This document shows, one piece after another, positions 34,346 through 41,724 of a stretch of DNA of 64,000 bases. How positions within the stretch are numbered: position 1 is the first letter of the stretch; each line of letters opens with the position of its first letter. A model generated the notes under the pieces. It did no database searches. It saw only the letters and a list, made by a program, of their open reading frames with translations, and was not told the DNA's origin. The stretch is from the IMG/VR virus record IMGVR_UViG_3300046616_000242, positions 9,947 to 73,946 of that record; one strand, written 5' to 3'. The translations under genes and the position numbers were made by a program. Source of the stretch: a virus.

Positions 34346-35588
34346 CGGTGTTCACCTCGTCCATGGCGAACGGGTCCTCGTTCAGTTCCTCGAACTTGCC
34401 CGTCTCCCAGTCCCACTGGCAGTACGTCTCGATGGGCGGGCAGTTACGGGCCAGGACGACCTTGATCTTGTTGATGTTCGCGTCGTCCGTGGACTCGACA
34501 CCGAGAATCACGTCGGAGTCCTGGGCGAAGGAGGACGAATATCCGATGGAGTCGGAGGTGATGCCCTTCTTCTTGTTCATCTTCCATTCCAGGACCTGCG
34601 TGGAAATGACGATCGGGAGTTGCAGGTTCTTCGCCATGCGCTTGAACCCTCGGGTGAGGTTCGTAAGCGCCTGGCTGGATCCCTGAGCCTCGCCGAGTTC
34701 GTCCTGCATCATGTAGATGCCGTCCACGAATACGATCGTCGGCCGGATGTGGTCGATCTTCGACTGCACACCGGTAAGCGTCGTCGCATTCATGGAGTCC
34801 GAGGACAGGAAGAACGAAGGCATAGCCTCCAGTTCCCGCAGGGCCCTTTCGAGTTTGTCCCACTCGGCCTTCTTGAGTGTTCCGTTTCTCAGCCGGGCGT
34901 GGGAAATCCCCGCGCGGATGGCGTCGAAACGTTCCTCCTGCTCCTCATTGCTCATCTCGAAGCCAATAAAAAGCGGACGCTCCCCGTGCAGGTGGGCGGC
35001 CATGGCAGCGAGCAACAACAGCGTCGACTTACCGGCCTTCGGCGGGCCGACGAAGGTGACCAGTTGCTCTTTCTGGAGGCCCTGGGTGGCCCTGTCGATC
35101 GTCGTGAAGCCGGTTGGTATGCCCCGGAGCCCGTCGGGCAGGTCCTTGAGCGTGAGGTACCGCGCGAGGCGTTCGTGGCCCGTCTCGGTCAGGTCGGTGT
35201 CGCGGGCGTTGGGAACCGCCGAGGCGATGTCCGCGAGGGTCTTGTGTAGCGCTGCCATGGCGGCCAGCGCGTTGCCCTCCTCGTGGGCGTCGACCGAGTC
35301 GGCCAGGCCCTGCTCCAGCAGGTCCAGGGTGTGCTGCTCGCGGAGCCGGTCGGTCAGCACCAGCATGCTGTCCTCGACCTTGACGAACTTGTACGTGGGG
35401 AAGTCGGTCTTGATGGTGGCGAGGCTGGGGATCTCGCCGTACGTGGCCTTGTGCCGCAGGATGGCCTTGAAGACGGCCTTGTTGTCCGGGTCGCCGAAGA
35501 ACTCGGCGGTGATGCCCGCTTCCGCGACGTCGTTCAGGTCCTTGTCCTGGATGACGCGGGACACGAGCAAGCGCTCGAAGTCAGCCAC
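34320..35588 (-). CDS. dnaB: Replicative DNA helicase
   Basis: GIPTGF, GPPKAGKS, FEMS, VFVDG and QDSDV motifs. Confidence 0.93.
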   Translation of the reverse strand: MADFERLLVSRVIQDKDLNDVAEAGITAEFFGDPDNKAVFKAILRHKATYGEIPSLATIKTDFPTYKFVKVEDSMLVLTDRLREQHTLDLLEQGLADSVDAHEEGNALAAMAALHKTLADIASAVPNARDTDLTETGHERLARYLTLKDLPDGLRGIPTGFTTIDRATQGLQKEQLVTFVGPPKAGKSTLLLLAAMAAHLHGERPLFIGFEMSNEEQEERFDAIRAGISHARLRNGTLKKAEWDKLERALRELEAMPSFFLSSDSMNATTLTGVQSKIDHIRPTIVFVDGIYMMQDELGEAQGSSQALTNLTRGFKRMAKNLQLPIVISTQVLEWKMNKKKGITSDSIGYSSSFAQDSDVILGVESTDDANINKIKVVLARNCPPIETYCQWDWETGKFEELNEDPFAMDEVNTDGYVGSSF

Positions 35589-36047
35589 TTACAGTGCTCC
35601 GATCAAGGTGGTGGGAGCAGCGGGCAGAGAGCGTCCCTTGCTGCCGAAGATCAGGTGGTGTTCGTTGTCGAAGATCGCGGCTACGTCCGGCATGTAGGGC
35701 AGGCGTCTGGCCAGCCGCTCCGGGGTCGTGGACCACACCCGGCCGATGGGAAGTCCCTCGGCGTCCAGGCGGGCCTCCAGGGGCTCGACAGCGTCGTCCC
35801 CGAGGTAGGTGACGACGTCGACCGAGTACTTGAAGCGCCAGACGGTGTCCCAGATGACCCGGGCCAGCGCGTCGTTGATCTCGTACGCGTCCACGGTCCG
35901 CTTGGCCATGCGAGCGCGGCGCCCGAACTTGCGGGCAACCAGCTCGTGCACGTATCCATCGGGCTTCTCCGGCAGGACGCCGAGCATGCCCTCGTAGGCG
36001 ATGACCAAGCGGGGGACGACCTCGTTGGAGATGTCGCCGCCCTGCAT
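35589..36047 (-). CDS. Second degenerate HAD-fold-like protein
   Basis: LVIAYEGML, VDVVTY and AAIFD motifs, with a layout like 8955..9449. Confidence 0.5.
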   Translation of the reverse strand: MQGGDISNEVVPRLVIAYEGMLGVLPEKPDGYVHELVARKFGRRARMAKRTVDAYEINDALARVIWDTVWRFKYSVDVVTYLGDDAVEPLEARLDAEGLPIGRVWSTTPERLARRLPYMPDVAAIFDNEHHLIFGSKGRSLPAAPTTLIGAL

Positions 36048-36280
36048 CAGGTGCGCTCCGCTTCCGCGCGGAGCGAGATATTAAGCGTGTCGCCCTCCCA
36101 CTTCTGGAACCGGCGGGTGCGCACGAGGTCGAAGCCGAGGTGCTTAGCGCGGCTGCGGACGGTCCACTCCAGGGAGGCCCAGTGCTCGGGGAGGCGATGG
36201 TCCGGCACTTCCCGTTTGTAGAGAATCACCAAAACCTCGTCCTCGAACGGGAGGGGCGTCTGCTCGTATTCAGGCTGCAC
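36047..36280 (-). CDS. Hypothetical protein, 77 aa
   Basis: ORF, TGATG coupling. Confidence 0.65.
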   Translation of the reverse strand: MQPEYEQTPLPFEDEVLVILYKREVPDHRLPEHWASLEWTVRSRAKHLGFDLVRTRRFQKWEGDTLNISLRAEAERT

Positions 36281-36929
36281 GGCGGTCCTCTCCGATCAAC
36301 TTGACGTGTGTGAAGGCCTGCTGGATGAAGGAGCCCATCGTGGGGTTGTAGACGGCGCCCCACTCCCGGGGCGGGAGGTTCGAGGTGACGATCGTGGGCC
36401 GGGCCTCGCGGTGACGCTGGCGCAGCAGGGTGTCCAGCAGTCCCTCGGCGTAGCCGGTCTTGGTCCGGTGCTCCTTGCCGACGTCGTCCAGGACGAGGAC
36501 GGGGGCCTTCTCGGCCGCCACGATCTTGTCCTGGATGTCCCACCACCGGGCGACGGCTTCGGGCTCGGCCCGGTCCTGAAGGCCCATCTTCTCGATGGAG
36601 TCCTTCACGAAGTCGGCGTAGGCCAGCCAGTGCACCGGGAGGCGGTGGGCGTAGTAGACCTCCAGCAGGGTGGCCGTGGCGAGGGTCGTCTTGCCGGTCC
36701 CGGGCGGGCCGACGAGCAGCAGGCCCTTACCGATCTGGGACCAGTCCTCGGGGTACTCCGTGAGGGGCCGCTTGTCGGTGACGTAGTGGTCGCGCAGTTC
36801 GTCGAGCCAGGTACGGCAGGCGGCGGACTCATCGGTGTCCGCCACGGTATTAAGCCGCAGGTGACGGTAGTGCGCGGGGATGCCGTACTCCTTGAGCCGC
36901 AAGGCGTGGACCCGGGGGTCTGTCGCCAC
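36270..36929 (-). CDS. DnaC/IstB-like AAA+ helicase loader
   Basis: GPPGTGKT, LVLDDVGKE, TIVTSN; GTG start after AAGGAGG. Confidence 0.9.
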   Translation of the reverse strand: MATDPRVHALRLKEYGIPAHYRHLRLNTVADTDESAACRTWLDELRDHYVTDKRPLTEYPEDWSQIGKGLLLVGPPGTGKTTLATATLLEVYYAHRLPVHWLAYADFVKDSIEKMGLQDRAEPEAVARWWDIQDKIVAAEKAPVLVLDDVGKEHRTKTGYAEGLLDTLLRQRHREARPTIVTSNLPPREWGAVYNPTMGSFIQQAFTHVKLIGEDRRAA

Positions 36930-36966
36930 GGTTGCCTCCTTGTGTGGTGGTGGTTCAACGCTCAGG

Positions 36967-37016
36967 AGGCTACCACAGATTACGGCTTTCTGAATACGCC
37001 TTTGGGAAAACGTAAG
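36967..37016 (-). promoter_or_regulatory. Putative promoter (-10 TAGCCT) with three 14-bp-spaced boxes
   Basis: attacggctt 36979, aatacgcctt 36993, inverted aaaacgtaag 37007. Confidence 0.65.
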
Positions 37017-37051
37017 GGGCGGACCGCCGTAGCAGCCCGCCCCTGGTGGCA

Positions 37052-38065
37052 TCAGTCCCAGAAGGACTCGTCGTGCCGGTGCTTCTCCATCGTGTTGTCG
37101 ACCTTGCCCAGCCGCTCCGTCAGCAGCCCACGGGCGCCGAGGAAGTCCTTCCAGGCCGGGTGGTTCTCCGACCGGTTCCAGGAGGACGACCAGTAGGTGA
37201 TGATCATCTGCCGGATGGTCTCCCGTTCCAGGCCCTGGGCCATCCACCGGCCGAAGTTCCCGTAGAGGGCGCTGAGGTTGGTGGCGCCGGGTACCGGGTG
37301 GCCTACCTCCTCGGCCCGCTTCCCGAAGAACTCGGCCAGTTCCTCCGACGGCCTCTTGGAGCGCTTCTCACGAGGTCGCCGGACCGGAGGGGCCAGGTCG
37401 TCGTCCGAAGCCGGGAGACGGCCAGCGGGGCTGCTTCCTGGATCTTCCTCGCCGAGGGTCTGGGCCACGACGTACGCCGGGTCGAGTTCCTTCTCCGCCA
37501 GGGCGGCCTCCTCCGCCTGCTGCTTCCGGGTCTTCTTCCGACCGCCACGCTTGGGAGCCGCAACCGCATTCCAGCCCCGAGCACCCGGCCTCACAGGGAT
37601 CTCCTCGGCCTCGCCGGGATTGGACCGTGCCGACCGGCGCGGTGGAAGAAACGTAGTTTCTTCTATATCTCTAACTTCTAGTTGGTTATTGGGGTTGGGT
37701 GAAAACTTCGACACCTGTGCGGATTCTGCACCCTCAGAGAGGGGTGCGGATTCTGCACCCTTGGAAGGCTCCGGGAGCCATTCCGATACCGGAAGTACCC
37801 GGCGCACCACGGACTTGTACCGCTCGGCCTCGGCAGGCTTCTCCGCGTCCGGGACGTGCTCGACGACGCGGCGTTCCTCCAGGGTCGCCAGCGCGGTGAA
37901 CACCTGGCGCCGCGAGACTCTGGCCTTGGCCGCGATGGTGTCGACGGACTCCCAGCACATGCGGTGGGAGTCGTTGGCGGCGTCCGCCAGCGCGAGCAGA
38001 ACCAGGCGCGTGGCCAGGCGGGTGTCGGACTGCGTGAAGACTTCCGACATGATCATGATGCTCAC
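37052..38065 (-). CDS. Phage replication initiator with an N-terminal winged HTH
   Basis: RLVLLALADAAND..CWESVDTIAAKARVSRRQV; lies upstream of the loader and helicase. Confidence 0.8.
   Translation of the reverse strand: MSIMIMSEVFTQSDTRLATRLVLLALADAANDSHRMCWESVDTIAAKARVSRRQVFTALATLEERRVVEHVPDAEKPAEAERYKSVVRRVLPVSEWLPEPSKGAESAPLSEGAESAQVSKFSPNPNNQLEVRDIEETTFLPPRRSARSNPGEAEEIPVRPGARGWNAVAAPKRGGRKKTRKQQAEEAALAEKELDPAYVVAQTLGEEDPGSSPAGRLPASDDDLAPPVRRPREKRSKRPSEELAEFFGKRAEEVGHPVPGATNLSALYGNFGRWMAQGLERETIRQMIITYWSSSWNRSENHPAWKDFLGARGLLTERLGKVDNTMEKHRHDESFWD
37717..37761. repeat. Two 18-bp near-palindromic direct repeats GTGCGGATTCTGCACCCT (iteron-like)
   Basis: 37717-37734 and 37744-37761, next to an AT-rich tract at about 37648-37710. 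Confidence 0.8.
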
Positions 38066-38159
38066 TCGGCGGCTCCGAATCCGCCGTTGATATTAAGTCG
38101 GCTCGACATGTTAGGTTCTTCCCATCTCGGGGTTTGTGGTGGGCCTCGGGGTGTGGTGG

Positions 38160-38218
38160 GCAAAAGCCCCCGGCAGTGAATTGAGGTCTCGAACCTCTTC
38201 AGCGCCGGGGGCTTTTGC
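38160..38218. terminator. Long hairpin, probably a bidirectional terminator
   Basis: gcaaaagcccccggc / gccgggggcttttgc with an inner gaggt / acctc stem. Confidence 0.8.
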
Positions 38219-38223
38219 GTTAC

Positions 38224-39453
38224 TCACTCCGAGTCGAGTTCGAGGCCCTTCTCCTCGATCTCCGCCCGGGTCAGGTGTACGACGGTCTGTCCGGCCGGGA
38301 TACGGCCACGGCCGCGACGGCTGTAGTTGCCCTCGTCGTCGACCAGGAAGGCGAACGTCTTGCTCTCGTCGCGCGGACGTCCACGGCGACGGCGTCCGGA
38401 GGTCTGCTCCTCCTCCGGCTCCTCGGCCTTCTTCTCGGCCGGGCGCTCCTGCTCCTCGGCCTCCTTGTCGTGGACCGAGTCGGCCACGATATTAAGCGCC
38501 TTGGCCAGCAGTTCGGTCAGCGGCCGGAGGCGTACCTCGGCCTGGTTGATGACCGCGTTGCGCTCGTCCTCCAGGCGGAAGGCGTTGTAGGCACCCTCCA
38601 AAGCGTTGCCGATGAGGATGAGGTCGATCTCCTTGTCGGGGACCGGGGTGGCCTCACGCTGGATCTTCTGCGCGGCGCGGTTGACCTCCTGCTCCAGGTC
38701 CTCCTGCTGCTCCTGGATGTCCTGCTCGACCGGGTGCTCCTCGGGCTCCGGCTCGACCTTGCGACCGCGACGGCCGCGCTTCGGCTCCTCCTGCTTGGGC
38801 TCCTCCGGCGCGTCCTCCTCGGTCAGCGGCTCCTCCTCCGGCTCGGCCTCCTCGGGCTCGGAGCGGCGGCCACGACGGCGACCGCGCTTGGGGGCCTCCG
38901 GCTCGGGCTCCGGCTCGGGTTCCGGCTGGGGCTCCTCCTCGGGCTCCTCGGCCTGCGGCTGCTCGCCGAAGGAGATGTCGTCGAGTCCGGCGGTGAGGTC
39001 CTTGGCCTTGAAGCCCGCCTGGTCGGCGGCGTCCAGGAGGAGTTCGGCCTGCTCGCTGCCCTCGTCGCCCCACAGGAGGATGACGTGGACCTCGTCGCCC
39101 ACACTGTCGGCCTTCTTCAGCAGGTCGACCACACCGGCCGTGACGTTGGCGACGTGGACGGTCTCCTCGGCGTCCTTGAGGATCTGCTCGGTGGCGCGGC
39201 TGCGCTTGTTGTCGGCCACGGCGACGTAGGGGAGGTCGGCCTTCTCGGCCCAGCCGAGGACCGCTTCCAGGCCGTCGGACAGGTGCTCCCGGGTGACCGG
39301 GAAGATGAGGTTGATCTCGCGGTCGCTCGGCTCGAAGAAGCCGTCCTTGTCCTCGTCGCCGAAGCCGAGCCAGTCGTTGAGCAGGTCCTTGACGTTCTCG
39401 GGGTCGATGTCGGCGGAACCAGCGAAGGCCAGGGTGATGGGCTGCTTGCTCAA
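38224..39453 (-). CDS. Highly acidic protein with several RGR / AT-hook-like motifs
   Basis: TTG start placed downstream of the promoter; PKRGRR twice, RRGRPR, RGRGRIPA. Confidence 0.75.
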   Translation of the reverse strand: MSKQPITLAFAGSADIDPENVKDLLNDWLGFGDEDKDGFFEPSDREINLIFPVTREHLSDGLEAVLGWAEKADLPYVAVADNKRSRATEQILKDAEETVHVANVTAGVVDLLKKADSVGDEVHVILLWGDEGSEQAELLLDAADQAGFKAKDLTAGLDDISFGEQPQAEEPEEEPQPEPEPEPEPEAPKRGRRRGRRSEPEEAEPEEEPLTEEDAPEEPKQEEPKRGRRGRKVEPEPEEHPVEQDIQEQQEDLEQEVNRAAQKIQREATPVPDKEIDLILIGNALEGAYNAFRLEDERNAVINQAEVRLRPLTELLAKALNIVADSVHDKEAEEQERPAEKKAEEPEEEQTSGRRRRGRPRDESKTFAFLVDDEGNYSRRGRGRIPAGQTVVHLTRAEIEEKGLELDSE

Positions 39454-39502
39454 GTCTGCTCCAGTGTTGTGGTGGTCGCTGCCGTGGTTGGCAACAAGGA
39501 AG

Positions 39503-39531
39503 ACCTTAGCCATTACGGCTTCTAAAAGCAA
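39503..39531 (-). promoter_or_regulatory. Promoter TTGCTT-17-TAAGGT with an AAGCCGTAAT box in the spacer
   Basis: Box at 39512-39521. Confidence 0.75.
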
Positions 39532-39532
39532 G

Positions 39533-39559
39533 AAAACCCCGCTTGTCTAGCGGGGTTTT
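39533..39559. terminator. Intrinsic terminator ending the structural operon
   Basis: aaaaccccgct / agcggggtttt. Confidence 0.8.
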
Positions 39560-39574
39560 GCTTGTGCTTGACAA

Positions 39575-39862
39575 TCAGGGGAGGTCGGGGACTCTCCGCC
39601 CGGTGTTCGGGTGCCTGCGCGGCAGGCGCAGAGAGGTCGTCTCAGCCCCGCTGCCCCGTACCTGCGCGTGCAGTACCGCCACGACTCCAGCAGCCGCCCC
39701 AGCGGCCAGCCACGGGCCGGGAACACGCTGCACCTCGTAGGCCAGCCCCACGACCACGGGCGGCTGAAGGGCGGCCGGGATAGCGACAGGCAGGACGTCG
39801 CGCAGCCACTCCCACGCGGTGAAGGTGGCGAAGGCGATCAGCAGCAGCCGGAACCAGTCCAT
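39575..39862 (-). CDS. Small membrane protein (possible holin accessory)
   Basis: Hydrophobic segments, basic C-terminus. Confidence 0.6.
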   Translation of the reverse strand: MDWFRLLLIAFATFTAWEWLRDVLPVAIPAALQPPVVVGLAYEVQRVPGPWLAAGAAAGVVAVLHAQVRGSGAETTSLRLPRRHPNTGRRVPDLP

Positions 39863-39864
39863 GG

Positions 39865-40476
39865 TCAGATCGCCCTCGGACCCAGGCCGCCAGGCTGCAC
39901 AGCGACGGCAGGTGTGGAGTTCTCGACGACCGGCGCCGCGACCGCCTCCACGGCCGTAACGATGGCCGGGACCGCGACCGTCTCGAAGCGCTGGACGACC
40001 GTGCCGACGACGGGGATCTCCTCGGCCGCCTTGACGGCCTCCTCCACGCCGGACTGAACCACGTCGGTGCTCAAGGGGAAGTCGTTGGTGATGCCCTGTG
40101 CGTCCTCGGCCAGCTCGGCCGCCTGCGCCACCTCGAAGTACCGCTCGACGTCGGCGCCGTGGGTATTAAGACGGCTCTCGACCTCGGACACGAACAGGTT
40201 CTGGAGCGCACCGAACCAGGAGTACTTCTTCAGCAGGGAGTGGTAGAACGCGGTGCCGGACAGCCAGGCCAGGAACGCGGCGATCACAGCGGGCGCCCAC
40301 ACGAAGTTCGACGGGTCGGCCTTGTAGGTGGCCAGGGAGCCGGTGGCGAGGGCCAGGACGGCGTGCGCGAAGCCCTTGACGGTGGGGTTGGTCGACGGCT
40401 TGGTGAACACCGCCACGATGGCGGGCAGGACCAGGCCGACGGCGAGGGCCGCCACGTCGGCGTAGTTGGTAAGCAT
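39865..40476 (-). CDS. Holin-like membrane protein
   Basis: Three N-terminal TM segments; follows the tail genes. Confidence 0.6.
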   Translation of the reverse strand: MLTNYADVAALAVGLVLPAIVAVFTKPSTNPTVKGFAHAVLALATGSLATYKADPSNFVWAPAVIAAFLAWLSGTAFYHSLLKKYSWFGALQNLFVSEVESRLNTHGADVERYFEVAQAAELAEDAQGITNDFPLSTDVVQSGVEEAVKAAEEIPVVGTVVQRFETVAVPAIVTAVEAVAAPVVENSTPAVAVQPGGLGPRAI

Positions 40477-40497
40477 GGGGATCCTTACGGGTCGTGG

Positions 40498-41724
40498 TTA
40501 CTGGGTCGGCAGAACGGCGTACTGAGGTACGGCCGCCGTGATTCCCAGAGGAACATTCTCTTCGAGCAGGGTGCGGATCAGGTAACTGCGCTCGACGTAG
40601 TTCTCGTAGAAGTACGAGCGGGCCAGGTTGGGGCTGCCCCCCTGCTCCCACAGGTAGTCCGATCCCATCGAGCCGTCGAAGTAGTCGCGGACGGAGGTAC
40701 CTTCCTCGACCAGGACGCCGTCGGCCCAGAAGATGCTCGCCGTGCCCGGGGTCATGGTGGGCTTCAGGACGTTCATGCCGACGTACAGCGAGGACGACGG
40801 CGTCGTGAAGGTGACGTACAGCGTGCGCCACCGCTTCTGGGCCGGGTCCCTGCGGTTGGCTGCCTGCGTCCACTTCACCGCGTCCAACTGCACTGCCCCC
40901 GCGCCGGACCAGGGGGCGATGTCCCCGCAGCCCTGGGCGATGGCCACGCGGGCGCTCATGGTGTACGTACGGCCAGGGATCATGCCGGACACCTGGAAGG
41001 ACAGGCCGCTGTCCTGTGTGGCCGTGGTGGGCACGGTGACCTTGAGAGCCTGGGTGCCCCGCCAGGAGAAGGAGTCCAGCGCATGGGTGGCCTGGCCGGT
41101 CGGACCGTAGCCGGTCAGCCCGCTCTCGAAGTTGGGGTTGGTCGCGTAGTTCAGCCGGGACGGCTTGATGATGGCCTGGATCTCGCGGGCGTTCTGGTAT
41201 GTGCTGGGGCCGGTTGAGCCCACCGGCAGCGCCTCGAACTGGACCGCATCCAAAATCTGGTGTTTGTTCGCCGACATGCTCGCGAACTTGAACCCGACAG
41301 AGGCGTACGCGGCCCGCTTCCAGGCGTAGCCGCCACCGGATACCGGGTAGTCCACCGGGCCGGTGAACGCGGCGTAGGCGCGGCTGTAGGAGCCAGCGGG
41401 AGCCGACTGAAGCGCGCCGGAGTTGATACCGGTCCACGCCATGGCCGGGTCGACGCCCGCGTACGGGTAGTGGGCGAAGTCCTTGAACGCTGCGGCGGGC
41501 GCCTTGATTCCGGCCGAGAGGTGACCCTGGAAGGAGATCTGCCCGGCCTCGGGGGCTAGCGGCTGCGGGCGTGGGATCTTGATGGCCAGCGTGCCGTCGA
41601 GGGTGACCTGGCCGCCGAGCGTGGGACCGAACACCCTGAACCGGCGGCCGACGATGCTGCCGGAGAAGGAGACGACCGGGGCGAAGTCGTCGTCGTTGAC
41701 GAAGGTGAGGTTGTGCGTGGTCAT
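40498..41724 (-). CDS. Minor tail protein with a carbohydrate-binding-like domain
   Basis: NYATNPNFES..YTMSA..ADGVLVEEG..YFDG pattern. Confidence 0.7.
   Translation of the reverse strand: MTTHNLTFVNDDDFAPVVSFSGSIVGRRFRVFGPTLGGQVTLDGTLAIKIPRPQPLAPEAGQISFQGHLSAGIKAPAAAFKDFAHYPYAGVDPAMAWTGINSGALQSAPAGSYSRAYAAFTGPVDYPVSGGGYAWKRAAYASVGFKFASMSANKHQILDAVQFEALPVGSTGPSTYQNAREIQAIIKPSRLNYATNPNFESGLTGYGPTGQATHALDSFSWRGTQALKVTVPTTATQDSGLSFQVSGMIPGRTYTMSARVAIAQGCGDIAPWSGAGAVQLDAVKWTQAANRRDPAQKRWRTLYVTFTTPSSSLYVGMNVLKPTMTPGTASIFWADGVLVEEGTSVRDYFDGSMGSDYLWEQGGSPNLARSYFYENYVERSYLIRTLLEENVPLGITAAVPQYAVLPTQ

Noticed and set aside
38160-38218. Long hairpin as a tRNA or ncRNA
   Set aside because: No cloverleaf or T-loop consensus; its position right after a stop codon and its A/T tails fit a terminator.
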